Below, piece after piece: positions 1-11,365 of a stretch of DNA of 64,000 nucleotides. Position 1 is the first letter of the stretch. Every line of letters begins with the position of its first letter. A program made the position numbers and the translations under genes. The DNA comes from Mustelus asterias (lineage: Eukaryota): positions 2,356,001 to 2,420,000 of the forward strand of contig NW_027590123.1 of the NCBI RefSeq assembly GCF_964213995.1, read 5' to 3'. The notes under the pieces are model-generated. The model made no database searches. It saw only the letters and a program-made list of their open reading frames with translations, and was not told where the DNA came from.

Positions 1-472
1 CAGTAATGTGTGCTCAAAAAGAAAGTTACAACTGATAATGTAAGTGAACTAAAGGAAATGGCGCACATTTCACAGAAGATTCTTTTTAAAAAATGTTTAT
101 GCGCCTGAATGTTTCACGCCCCTCAGACCGATGAGGGAATCGATACTCAGTGCGGATCTTCTGGACTTCCCTGTAAAGGGCCGGAATTTATGCCCCTGAA
201 TGTTTCACGTCCATAATAAAAAGGCTCAAGTGTCGCGAGCAGATAATTCTGGACTCTTCTCCGTTTAAATGTAGTTGACTTTATTTAAATGCTGACGATA
301 ATCAATCCCAAATTTGCGATCTGTATTACCCGGTGATTCGATTCGTTCTGTTGGTCAGTTATGTTTGCAATTCAGTGATGTTCAATTTCAGAGATATTCA
401 ATTAATAATGAAGACATATGTGTTAAATAATGCATCGATACTAAATAGTGAAACAAATACTGAGTACAATTG

Positions 473-602
473 TACAATGAGCTTTGATAAAGTGTCATCG
501 GGACTCGAAGCGTCCACCCGTTTCACTCCTTACAGGTGCTGTCAGACATTGGGAGATTTTGGAGCATTTGGTCTTTTCTCATCCGCAATAATTTGCTTCA
601 AT
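473..602 (+). mobile_element. Penelope-like element terminal remnant with 15-bp target-site duplication
   Basis: TACTGAGTACAATTG at 458-472 and 603-617 flanks the insert. Internal GCTTTGATAAAGTGTCATCGGGACTCGAAGCGT matches the family seen at 41739-41968 and 62447-62570. Confidence 0.6.
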
Positions 603-872
603 TACTGAGTACAATTGATTGAGACTATTCGATGAAAGATGAGAATGATGCATTAATGAAGGGGCAGAAATTATTGCTCCCTTAGATATTTGCGAGACGA
701 ACTCTTTTATTTTTTGATCTTCTCGATAAGTCGTACAATCAGATTGAAAGTAACGGTTATCTTCCTCAATTAAGTCATACGGGCTCTCAGTCGAACCATC
801 GGAAACTGCAGCAACACAGCGTAGTTGAACATTGCAGACAGGCAGATTTGCTTCAGTGCCTTTTAAGCTGTT

Positions 873-942
873 GTTTTCGTGCAGTGGTTATCAGGTTCGC
901 ATAACACTCCAAAAATCCCCAGATCGAAACCAGGCAGAAACG
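873..942 (+). pseudogene. tRNA-Val(AAC) pseudogene
   Basis: GTTTTCGT---GCAGTGGTTATCAGGTTCGCATAACACTCCAAAAATCCCCAGATCGAAACCAGGCAGAAACG aligns with vertebrate tRNA-Val-AAC, with a 3-nt deletion, many substitutions and a damaged T-loop. Confidence 0.75.
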
Positions 943-959
943 TTCATTAAGCTTTCTCA

Positions 960-2311
960 GAAGAACATAAACAATAGGAGCAGTAGGCCATCTGGCCCCT
1001 CGAGCCTGCCCCGCCATTCAATAAGATCATGGCTGACGTGAAGTGGATCAATTCCACTTAACACCTGATCCCCATAATCCCTAATTCTCTTACCGATCAG
1101 GAACCCATCTATCCGTGATTTAAACATATTCAACGATGTAGCCTCCACCACTTCAGTGGGCAGAGAATTCCAGAGATTCACCACCCTCTGAGAGAAAAAG
1201 TTCCTCCTCAACTCTGTCCTAAACTGACCCCCCTTTATTTTGAGGCTGTGCCCTCTAGTTCTCGCTTCCTTTCTAAGTGGAAAGAATCTCTCCACCTCTA
1301 CCCTGTCCAGCCCCTTCATTATCTTATAGGCCTCTATAAGATCCCCCCTCAGCCTTCTAAATTCCAACGAGTACAAACCCAATCTGCTCAATCTCTCCTC
1401 ATAATCAACACCCCTCATCTGGTGTCAACCTTGTGAACCTTCTCTGCACTCCCTCCAAGGCCAATATATCCTTCCGCAAATAAGGGGACCAATACTGCAC
1501 ACAGTATTCCAGCTGCGGCCTCACCAATGCCCTGTACAGACGCAGCAAGACATCTCTGCTTTTATATTCTATCCCCCTTGCGATATAGGGCAACATCCCA
1601 CTTGCCTTCTTGATCACTTGTTGCACCTGCAGACTGAGTTTTTGCGTCTCAGGCACAAGGACCCCCAGGTCCCTCGGCACAGTAGCATGTTGTAATATTT
1701 TCCATTTAGATAATAATCCAATTTGCTATTATTTCCTCCAAAGTGAATAACCTCGCATTTGTCAACGTTATACTCCATCTGCCAGATCCTCGCCCACTCA
1801 CTCAGCCTGTCCAAATCTCTCTGCAGACCTTCTACGCCCTCCACACGATTCACTTTTCCACTTACCTTTGTGACGTCTGCAAACTTTGTTACCCTACACT
1901 CAGTCCCCTCCTCCAGAGCGTCTATATAAATGGCAAATAGTTGAGGCCCCAGTAACGATCCCTGCAGCACGCCACTAGTTACCATCCGCCAACCAGAAAA
2001 GCACCCATTTATTCCGACTCCCTGCTTCCTGTCGGATAGCCAATCCCCGATCCACGCTAACACCCTATCCCCAACTCCGTGTGACCCAATCTTCTTCAGC
2101 AACCTTTTGTGAGGCACGTTATCAAACGCCTTTTGGAAATCCAAAAACACCGCATCCACCGGTTCCCCTCCGTCAACCGCACGAGTCACATCTTCATAAA
2201 AATCCAACAAGTTCTTCAAGCACGACATTCCCCTCATGAATCCATGCTGCGTCTGCTTAATCGAACCATTCTTATCCAGATGGCCTGCTATTTCTTCTTT
2301 AATGATGGATT
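960..2311 (-). mobile_element. CR1 LINE, 5'-truncated (RT domain and 3' UTR), frameshifted
   Basis: ORFs 1614-2237, 1405-1680 and 957-1418 give the RT motifs DFQKAFD, GVLQGSLLGP, KFADVTK and the CR1 C-terminus FFSQRVVNLWNSLP. Same subfamily as 26196-29480. Confidence 0.95.
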
Positions 2312-2531
2312 CATATCGGGTAAGGGAAAATTGCTTGATTTCAGTTGGTTGTTCAACGTTAGTCGAACCCCGGTGTTAAAGGCATGTTATCATTGATCTG
2401 GCATCACCCTCAAATGCTTTTTCTGAAATAAGAAACCCTTTGTTTTTGACGCACTGACAGGACAGTTCGATTTTGACACCGAGCCCATATTCGCATCTCG
2501 TTCAGACTCCAACAAAATTTAAAAGGTTAAA

Positions 2532-2656
2532 AATTGCCCCTTAGAGTCCTGAGATGCGTAGGTTAGCGGGATTTGGTGGGGGTAGGGCCTGGGTGGGATT
2601 GTGGTCGGTGCAGACTCGATGGGCCGAATGGCCTCCTTCTGCACTGTAGGGTTTCT
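2532..2656 (+). mobile_element. HE1-type SINE, 3' portion
   Basis: AAATTGCCCCTTAG...GCAGACTCGATGGGCCGAATGGCCTCCTTCTGCACTGTAGGG tail shared with other copies in the window. Confidence 0.8.
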
Positions 2657-2714
2657 GTGTTTCAAACATCTCAACAGTGGGTGGGGGCGGGGCCGGGGAG
2701 GGGTGGCCTGCTAC

Positions 2715-3050
2715 AGGTTGATCTTCAGATTCAATGTTACCGAGGAGATCCATCTATCTGACTTAGAATGTTCCTGGAGACGCATCTCCTTTCTCAGGAG
2801 GTACATGTCCACCTCAACCTCAGAATTTCTATTACCTAAATTGACCGCATCCAACACTCTCGGAGGCAATGAGTTCCAGGTCCTGAGCACTCGCTGTGGA
2901 AAAAATGTTGCTTCCAAATCTTCTTCGCCCCCGGCTTGCCCAATATCTTAAAACTTGCCCCTCCCCCTCTAAGCTTGCCCTAATCTACTCCACCTCGATT
3001 AAGTCGCTCCTCAATCTCCTTCGCTCCATTAGACAACAATCCCAGCATCA
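2715..3050 (-). mobile_element. Old CR1 LINE 3' fragment
   Basis: Translation FFPQRVLRTWNSLPPRVLDA matches the CR1 ORF2 C-terminal motif. Confidence 0.7.
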
Positions 3051-3575
3051 CAAACCAGAAAATTCTGGCTAATTTGAACTTTTAAAAACTAAACTTACTC
3101 CAAAGAAATTCCTCCATCTGATTGAACTGAAATTTGTCAACTTTTAAAAAACATTTCTGTGTATTTTGCTTCTTAAAATTAAACATGTTTAAAAGAAATT
3201 CTTCCGCAGAGTTCATCAATCTTTTAGAAAATGTTTTCACCATTTTGAAAAATGTAATGTTTCCACGTATTTTTCGAGAAATTTCCAACTTTTTAAAAGG
3301 TAGCTTAAACTTGCTAACATATTTTTCCCAAATACTTTAACGAGAATTCGTCATTTAAAGAAACTATTTTTTTTTAAAATTAATTGAAGTTTATCAGTAA
3401 TTTCTTTCTTAAAATTGTCAACATTGTTTTGAAAAATAATTAGCTAAGATAAATTTCTTCAGAGAAGCTGACTGCATTTGGTCAACATTTCTCTGAACTG
3501 GTCCAAAATTTGTGAAAACACATTTTTCATCCACACGAATATGGAGTTTTCGAACTACTGTTAAACTATCACAGT

Positions 3576-3631
3576 GAACCTGAAATCTTCGGATCCGTCG
3601 TCAGACGCGTAATCCATTGCGCCACTGGCCC
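3576..3631 (-). pseudogene. tRNA-Arg(ACG) pseudogene, 3'-truncated
   Basis: Minus strand GGGCCAGTGGCGCAATGGATTACGCGTCTGACGACGGATCCGAAGATTTCAGGTTC matches vertebrate tRNA-Arg-ACG up to the T-loop; the remainder is absent. Confidence 0.85.
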
Positions 3632-4059
3632 ACAACCAAACGCCGTGCAGCAATGTTTTACATATCGGTTCGAGACTTCAAAATCGGCAGAGCCATGGTC
3701 AAAACATATTCGTTTTAGTGAGGAAATGTTGCATCATTAAATTTTTCTCGACTCACTTACAGTAATTGTACTTTGCCTTGAATTGAGTTAACTTGCTGTG
3801 TTGGAATTCGAACCCTGGTTCCCAAAGCGTCAAATCCAGCGTCAACAACATGACTCGAAACCGTACCCCTCCCGCCAGTGATTCCACTATTGAATATTAC
3901 CTGAATATAGTATCTTACAATCATATGACATTGGCTCTTACTTGAGCCTCAAAATACATTCAGGAAAAGACAAAAGTGCTGAAAATTCACGACAAACTGA
4001 GCAGGAAAGAAGACACGCCTATTTTGACTCAGCACACATGTTATCAGTTTATTCAGTGG

Positions 4060-4800
4060 CTAAAAGAGCAGGGCAGAGGATGGGAATCCAGCGGGAGTAA
4101 CTCACCTCCTGACTCCTAAAAAACAGTCCACGATCGGCATAACTATAGGCATCATGGTGGGAGATATAGGAAGGATATCAGAGGTAGGTTCTTTACGCAG
4201 AGAGTGGTTGGGGTGTGGACTGGACTGCCTGCAGTGATAGTGGAGGTAGACACTTTAGGAACATTTAAGCGGTTATTGGATGGGCACATGGAGCACACCA
4301 GGATGATAGGGAGTGGGATAGTTTGATCTTGGTTTCACTTAAAGCTCGGCACAACATCGTGAGCCGAAGGGCCTGTTCTGTGCTGTACTGTTCTATATTC
4401 TATGTTCCATGATCGACGTGGCACAAGTCAGGAATGCGATAGAATATTCACCACTTGTCTGCATGATGCAGGAATCCACCAAAGGCACTTCAGACAGCAT
4501 CTTCCAAACCCATGACCGCTTCCACCTGGCAGCTCCCCCGCCCCCCCCCCCCCCGCCCCCCTCCAACGCCTACAGCCAACACCAGCCTCAAGTCCCTCAG
4601 CATTCTGATTTGGAAATATATCGCCGTTCCTTCACTGTCATTGGGACAAATTCGTGGAATTCCCTCCCTAACAGCACTGTAAGTGTACCTGTACAAATGG
4701 ATGCAACGTTTCAAGAAGGCAGCTCAGCACTACTTTCTCAAGGCTAAATACTGATGGGCAGTGCATGCTGATCTAGCCAGCGACACCCACATGAACAAAA
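4060..4800 (+). mobile_element. L2/Crack-group LINE 3' fragment, interrupted by a CR1 3' end
   Basis: VTHLLTP...AQVRNAIEYSPL motif; same family as 8710-9330. Confidence 0.7.
4137..4405 (+). mobile_element. CR1 3' end inserted in the L2-group element
   Basis: Near-identical to the 3' part of the CR1 at 18698-19020; TTCTATGTTC tail; TSD TCCAYGATCG at 4127-4136 and 4406-4415. Confidence 0.85.
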
Positions 4801-5191
4801 AGAAACATCCAGGCAGCTCTCTGAACCCATAATCATGCGGCCAGCTGAAGAGGTGAATGGAGATAAAATGAATGTCAAGTTACATAGCCAACCCTGTTGA
4901 TCATATATTTATTTTCGAGCGAGTGTGTTGTGCTGTTAGATTCCTCACGGTTTGTGCTCAGGTTCTCAAACGAAACCCCATGTGAACCAATCCCAAAGTC
5001 TGCAATGCAAAGAAAAAAAACAAAATCTGCAGCTCATAAAATCTGATGAAATCTTCGTGGGAGAGGGCGGCACAGTGGTTAGTTCTGCTGGCTCACAATG
5101 CCAGGGACCTGGTTTCGATTATGGGGTTAGTCACAGTCTATGTGGATGGAGATAGAGAGCTTTTTAAAGCTGCAGCAGTAGCTCACCTATA

Positions 5192-5264
5192 GTTCCAGTG
5201 ACCTAATGCGTAAGGCACTGGCTACCTAAACCAGGGAGAGTGTGTTCGCGTCCCTTCTGGGATG
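5192..5264 (+). pseudogene. tRNA-Arg(CCT) pseudogene
   Basis: GTTCCAGTGACCTAATGCGTAAGGCACTGGCTACCTAAACCAGGGAGAGTGTGTTCGCGTCCCTTCTGGGATG is colinear (73 nt) with vertebrate tRNA-Arg-CCT, but the D-loop GG, U33 and the T-loop A are mutated. Confidence 0.8.
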
Positions 5265-5349
5265 CGGCTTATTTTAACACTTAGGTGTCCAACATTGGCA
5301 AATGCATTTCTTGCCAACTAATCCTGGCTATTTCTGGGCAGATATGTTT

Positions 5350-5669
5350 TGGGTGGCACACTGGTGAGCATTGCTGCCTCAAAACGCCAGGGTCCGAGGT
5401 TCAAATCTGGCATCGGGTCACTGTCTGTGTGGAGTTTGCACATTCTCCCCGTATCTGCATGGGTTTCCTCCGGGTGTTCCGGTTTCCTCCCATTGTCCAA
5501 AGATGTGCGGCTAATGTTGATTGGCCGTGTTATATTGGCCCTCGTGTCAGGGGGATTAGCACGGTGAATGCATGGAGTTACAGGAGAGGGGCCTGTATGG
5601 GACTGTGGTCCGTACAGATTTGATGGGCCGAATTGGCCTCGTTCTGTACTGCAGGGATTCTATGATTCT
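5350..5669 (+). mobile_element. HE1-type tRNA-derived SINE
   Basis: tRNA-like head, GTCTGTGTGGAGTTTGCACATTCTCCCCG core and CR1-derived tail. Confidence 0.85.
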
Positions 5670-6017
5670 AATGGAACCTTATAACATTCTGAACGGATGA
5701 AACAGGGTAGATTCAGAAAGAATGTTCTCGTTAGTGGGAGTCCAGAACTAGGGATTATAGTTTGAGGATAATGGCTGAGACGAAGAGACTTCCTTCAGCC
5801 AGAGAGTGGTGAATCTGCAGAGTTCACTCCCACAGAAAGTAGTTGAGGCCAAACACTATGATTTCAAGAGAAGTTTAATATAGCTCTTGGGGCTAAATGG
5901 CGGGTCAGGGTATTGAATTTGATTATCAGGCATGACAACAATGAATGGTAGATGATGTTCCAATGACCTACTCCTGCTTTCGATGTTTTGATGTAACAGG
6001 GATAAGAAGAAACAGTA

Positions 6018-6098
6018 GGGCGAGTCTCGGATTTCAACTCGGGATCTCGGTGGTTAAGGCATACCAAAATGCGATTCATACCCCTACACCAATAAGCC
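6018..6098 (-). pseudogene. tRNA-Pro pseudogene with remnant insertion at the intron position
   Basis: Both ends align to the tRNA-Pro at 9660-9749 (GGCTTATTGGTGTAGGGGTATGAATCGC... and ...CCCGAGTTGAAATCCGAGACTCGCCC). It is 81 nt long, with extra sequence starting TAT after the anticodon. Confidence 0.7.
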
Positions 6099-6119
6099 TC
6101 TAAGCAGCCACTGATTGAA

Positions 6120-7622
6120 AGAAAAGAACAAAGAACAAAGAACAGTACAGCACAGGAAACAGGCGCTTCGGCCCTCCAAGCCTGTGCCGCTCCTTGGTCC
6201 AACTAGACCAATCGTTTGTATCCCTCCATTCCCAGGCTGCTCATGTGACTATCCAGGTAAGTCTTAAACGATGTCAGCGTGCCTGCCTCCACCACCCTAT
6301 TTGGCAGCGCATTCCAGGCCCCCACCACCCTCTGTGTAAAAAACGTCCCTCTGATATCTGAGTTATACTTCGCCCCTCTCACCTTGAGCCCGTGACCCCT
6401 CGTGATCGTCACCTCCGACCTGGGAAAAAGCTTCCCACTGTTCACCCTATCTATACCCTTCATAATCTTGTACACCTCTATTAGATCTCCCCTCATTCTC
6501 CGTCTTTCCAGGGAGAACAACCCCAGTCTACCCAATCTCTCCTCATTGCTAAGACCCTCCATACCAGGCAACATCCTGGTAAACCTTCTCTACACTCTCT
6601 CTAACGCCTCCACGTCCTTCTGGTAGTGCGGCGACCAGAACTGGACGCAGTACTCCAAATGTGGCCTAACCAGCGTTCTATACAGCTGCATCATCAGACT
6701 CCAGCTTTTATACTCTATACCCCGTCCTATAAAGGCAAGCATACCATATGCCTTCTTCACCACCTTCTCCACCTGTGTTGCCACCTTCAAGGATTTGTGG
6801 ACTTGCATACCTAGGTCCCTCTGTGTTTCTATACTCCTGATGACTCTGCCATTTATTGTATAACTCCTCCCTACATTATTTCTTCCAAAATGCATCACTT
6901 CAGATTCATCCGGATTAAACTCCATCTGCCACCTCTCCGCCCAATTTTGCAGCCTATCTATGTCCTGCTGTATTGCCCGACAATGCTCTTCGCTATCCGC
7001 AAGTCCAGCCATCTTCGTGTCATCCGCAAACTTGCTGATTACACCAGTTACACCTTCTTCCAAATCATTTATATATATCACAAATAGCAGAGGTCCCAGT
7101 ACAGAGCCCTGCGGAACACCACTGGTCACAGACCTCCAGCCGGAAAAAGACCCTTCGACCACTACCCTCTGTCTCCTATGGCCAAGCCAGTTCTCCACCC
7201 ATCTAGCCACTTCTCCTTGTATCCCATGAGCCTTAACCTTCTTAACCAACCTGCCATGTGGGACTTTGTCAAATGCCTTACTGAAATCCATATAGACGAC
7301 ATCCACGGCCCTTCCTTCATCAACCATTTTTGTCACTTCCTCAAAAAACTCCACCAAATTTGTAAGACACGACCTCCCTCTTACAAAACGATGCTGTCTG
7401 TCACTAATGAGATTGTTCCGTTCTAAATGCACATACATCCTGTCTCTAAGAATCCTGTCCAAAAACCTCCCTACCACGGACGTCAAGCTCACCGTCCTAT
7501 AATTTCCTGGGTTATCCCTGCTACCCTTCTTAAACAACGGGACCACATTCGCTATCCTCAAATCCTCAGGGACCTCACCCGTGTCCAAAGAAGCGACAAA
7601 GATTTCCGTCAGAGGCCCAGCA
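6120..7622 (-). mobile_element. CR1 LINE (second subfamily), 5'-truncated RT region
   Basis: ORFs 6590-7642 (DFSKAFDKVPH, GVPQGSVLGP, KFADD) and 6203-6574; TTCTTTG repeat tail. Confidence 0.95.
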
Positions 7623-7862
7623 AAAGATGCTCTCTTGGCCATTCAAAGCCGATCAGATAACTGCAGCGAAGGCGGAAGATGCTGCAGAAACTTAGGAATT
7701 CAGGCAGAATTTGTGGACAGGGAAACAAAGCTCATCTTTTACGTCCATGGCCTTTCATTACAACAGGAAAAGGTGAAAAATGTAGGAATTTGAAACGACT
7801 GAATCTCAGGAGGGAGAAAATGTAACAACTGGAATAGTCTGGAAGTCAGGAGAAATGCAACG

Positions 7863-8612
7863 ATTTGATTTGGTTTTATTTATTATTGTCAAATCTATTA
7901 GTATACAGTGAAAAGCATTTTATCTTGCGCGCTATACAGACAAAGCGTACTGTTCATAGAGAAGGAAACGGGAGAGTGCAGAATGTGGTATTACGTTCAC
8001 TGTTAGGGTGTAGAGAAAGATCAACTTAATGCAAGGTAATGTCCATTCAAAAGTATGATGGCAGCAGGGAAAAAGCTGTTCTTGAGTCGGCTAGTACGTG
8101 ACCTCAGACTTCTGTATCTTTCTCTCGAAGGAAGAAGGTGGAAGAGAGAATGTCCGCGGTGCGTGGGATCCTTAAGTATGCTGGCTGCTTTGCCGATGCA
8201 GCAGGAAGCGTCGACAGAATCAATGGATGGGAGGCTGGTTTGAGTGACGGATTGGGCTACATTCACAGCCCTTTGTAGTTTATTGCGGTCTTGGGCAGAG
8301 CAGGAGCCATATCAAGCTGTGATACAACTAGAAATAATGTTTTCTATGGTGCACCTGTAAACCTTGGTGACAGTCGTAGCTGACCTGCCAAATTTCCTAA
8401 GTCTTCTGAGAAAGTAGAGGCGTTGATGGGCTTTCTTCACTATAGTGTCGGCATGGGAGGCCAGGACAGGTTGGTGGTGATCTGGAGACCTAAAAACCTG
8501 AAGCTCTCGACCCTTTCTACTTCGTCCCCTTTGATGGAGACAGGGGCATGTTCTCCTCTACGCTTTCTGAAGTCAATGACAATCTCCGTTTTGTTGACAT
8601 TGAGGAAGAGAT
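7863..8612 (-). mobile_element. Rex1/Babar LINE 3' fragment
   Basis: DPTHRGHSLFHLLPS...RTSRLKNSFFPAAIILLN C-terminal motif; AAATC repeat tail. Confidence 0.85.
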
Positions 8613-8709
8613 GACAGAAATGAGAAATGAGAAAATACTTTGCGGTTCACGGCCTCAGGGTGAGGTACGCACTAAATCAGAAAATGAGTACACCACAGAA
8701 TAAGGCCAT

Positions 8710-9330
8710 GCTAAGGAATGGCAATATAATTCCAAGTCAGGATGGTGAGTGACTTGTAGGAGAACTTGCAGGTGGTGATGTTCCCATGTGTCTACTACCC
8801 TTTTCCTTCTGGATGGAAGTGGTCGTGGGTTTCGGAGGTGCTGTCTAAGGATCTTTGGTGAATTGCTACTGTGTATCTTTTAGATACACATCGCTGCTAC
8901 TGAGCATCGGCTGTGGTGGGATTGAATGCTTGTGGATGTGGTGCCAATCAAGCGGGCTGCTTTGTCCTGGATAATGTCAATCTTCTTGAGTGTTGTTGGA
9001 GCTGCACCCATCCAGGCGAGGTGGGAATGTTCCATCACGCTCCTGACCTGTGCCTTGTAGATGGTGGACAGGCTCTGGGGAGTCAGGAGGTGAGTTTTTC
9101 GCCGCAGTATTCCTGGCCTCTGATCTGCTCTTGTAGCCATTGTGCTTATGTGCCGAGTCCAATTGAGTATCTGGTCAATGGTAACCGTAAGGATGTTAAC
9201 AATGGGGGATTCAGTGATGGAACAACCATTGACTGTCAAGAGGCGATGGTTAGATTTTCTCTTATTGGTGATGGACATTGTCTTGCATTTGTGTGGCGCG
9301 AATGTTACTTGCCACTTGTCAGCCCAAAGT
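8710..9330 (-). mobile_element. L2/Crack-group LINE 3' fragment
   Basis: ORF 8880-9362: WADKWQVTFAPHKC...YKAQVRSVMEH...IQDKAARLI. Confidence 0.8.
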
Positions 9331-9659
9331 CTAATATAATGCAGCACACTGCGGACTTTCAAAATCGGAAATAAAAACAGAAAATACTGGGTTATGTCAG
9401 TACTTCTGGAAGTATCTGTGGAGCGAGAATCAGAACGAACGCTTCCCGCCCAGCTGTCACGTGGCAGGCGCAGACATGATGGGTGTCCGCGCCTGCCATG
9501 TGGGTGACCAAGTGGGCACTATCCGTGCTGTAAAATTCTGTGCCTTTCTGACTCTTTTTCGGAGCCAGTCAGCAGAAAGCCATCCCGCCGTTTGCACCTG
9601 AAACAAATCACAATATCGCCTTTTGAACACAATATTTTGGTCAAAACGGAACAAATGAG

Positions 9660-9749
9660 GGGCTCATCCGGGATTTGAACCCGGGACCTCTCGCATGCTA
9701 ATGGGGTGAGATACCCTAAGCGAGAATCATACCCCTAGACCAACGAGCC
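9660..9749 (-). tRNA. tRNA-Pro(AGG) with 18-nt intron at the canonical 37/38 position
   Basis: GGCTCGTTGGTCTAGGGGTATGATTCTCGCTTAGGG-[TATCTCACCCCATTAGCA]-TGCGAGAGGTCCCGGGTTCAAATCCCGGATGAGCCC. The exons match vertebrate tRNA-Pro-AGG except one C>T in the acceptor stem (gives G-U). A and B boxes intact; TTTT terminator about 14 nt downstream (9643-9646). Confidence 0.9.
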
Positions 9750-10015
9750 TGCACGTTAGTACAGAGCAAAATAAAAATTGTTTAACTTTCTGCAAAGCAG
9801 TTCTGACACCTCGAGTGAAAGCCGAAGTTGTTTAAATAACTCAACGCATCAGCATTTGTGGACTTTAAGCACCAGCAAAATATCCGTCCAATGTTGTTAC
9901 CTCGACTGTTTGCAACTAGGGGCTTTTGTTTGTAAAGTACACATGTTACAGTCAACAAATATAACCCAGCGACTTCAACATGTGTCAACTCTGAACCTGC
10001 CTTTGATATTTGATC

Positions 10016-10290
10016 AGAGAACAAAGAACAAAGAACAATACAGCACAGGAACAGGCCCTTCGGCCCTCCAAGCCCGCGCCGCTCCCCGGTCCAGGATTGA
10101 ATCCTGAATCCAGGATCCCCGCCCAATTTTCCAGCCTATCTACATACTAATATCCTATCCCCGAGCTGTCCCTCACAGCTATGATGCTTTGTTCATCACA
10201 ACCTATTAACTCACCCCTACCCCCCCATTCCAGACCATGTGATCTCCTGGGAGAGGCGAAAACCTAGAGTGAAAACCCCAGGGCCAATTT
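10016..10290 (-). mobile_element. CR1-tailed retroposon (3' UTR or SINE) fragment
   Basis: TTCTTTG repeat tail and GGGCCGAAGGGCCTGTTCCTGTGCTGT 3' motif shared with the CR1 at 6120. Confidence 0.7.
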
Positions 10291-10590
10291 TGAAAGGTGT
10301 GGTCTGTCACACAGTTAACTGCTCTGGAACATTTAAAGTACAGATTGATGACATCGTTCACCTGGGAGATCTGCGGGTTTGTGTGAATGGAATCGGGGAA
10401 CGATTGGACTTGATCTGATAGTAATATGAGTAAACATATGTCAGATTTCCCAACAGTGACAATCATTAACTTCAGTGAGGGAAAACCCTCAGACGTCGCT
10501 GTCTTGTCACGCTCACTATGAGTAATTATTCTCTGATCTTTAACCCCACGTGTTGTCCTGACAATGAATCATTGATTATCGACCTGTGCC

Positions 10591-10629
10591 AGATGTTGTA
10601 TGAGGCCCGCGGGAGCCTCCTTTACTTTA
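10591..10629 (-). promoter_or_regulatory. Decayed 23-bp-spacer recombination signal sequence of the TCR V segment
   Basis: Directly after YYCALR: heptamer position TAAAGTA (10623-10629), exactly 23-bp spacer, nonamer ACAACATCT (10591-10599). The essential CAC is lost. Confidence 0.7.
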
Positions 10630-11102
10630 GCTCTCAGTGCACAGTAATACACGGCGCTGTCTGTCACCTTCAAATCTTTCATGGGCAAGTGAAAAGAACT
10701 TTGTTTCAGGTTGAGATTCCCGTTGAAGTGTTCAAAACTTGGAGCCGTATCGGTAAATTAGCGGCTCTGAGCAATTAATGAGGAGTTCGGTGTGTATACC
10801 GGCGATACCAGAACAGGTAATGTTGTATAGTTGAACTCGGTACCGAGTAACTGCAGGGTATTGCTGAATCTTCACCCTGTGATGCTTCAGCTGCTGGTTC
10901 TGACTGGGACACTGAGTCACCGTTACTCATGTCTGAAAATAGACAACAGACGCGCAGCGGGTTAGGAGTAACAACAACGGAATAATCGCCTCGAGATGGA
11001 AATGGGGAATGAATATGGTGACTGGCGGATTTCAAGCAGAAGTTCAAAATGACAGACCAAAATCAGGAAAATAACCAGAGTGAGACAGAGTTTCACCCCC
11101 AT
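10630..11102 (-). pseudogene. T-cell receptor alpha/delta-type variable segment pseudogene (leader and V exon)
   Basis: Leader MGVKLCLTLVIFLIL (ATG at 11102); acceptor TTTTCAG at 10933; V exon DMSNGDSVSQSEPAAEASQGEDSAIPCSYSVPSSTIQHYLFWYRRYTHRTPH* then a frameshift to ...HFNGNLNLKQSSFHLPMKDLKVTDSAVYYCALR. GDSVSQ, LFWY and DSAVYYCAL are TRAV/TRDV hallmarks. Confidence 0.88.
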
Positions 11103-11365
11103 GAGTTTGAACACCAGGAACAGAGCGACTGATCACTGTTTGCATCAGATCTGCAATTGGCGAAGTTGAAACAGTCAGGGGGATGTTATGAGATCGAAGG
11201 TGACTCCATCTCTCCGCCCATTTTTTCATCTTCAAACAGGCGCTTCCATTCGAAGGTGATCGTGATCTTTCATAAGTGATCAGAGATCGCCCTCCCGTGG
11301 ACAGCACAGCCGCATATTGGAAACAGGTACACACACGGCAACCTGCAAAGACTGATACATCTGGA

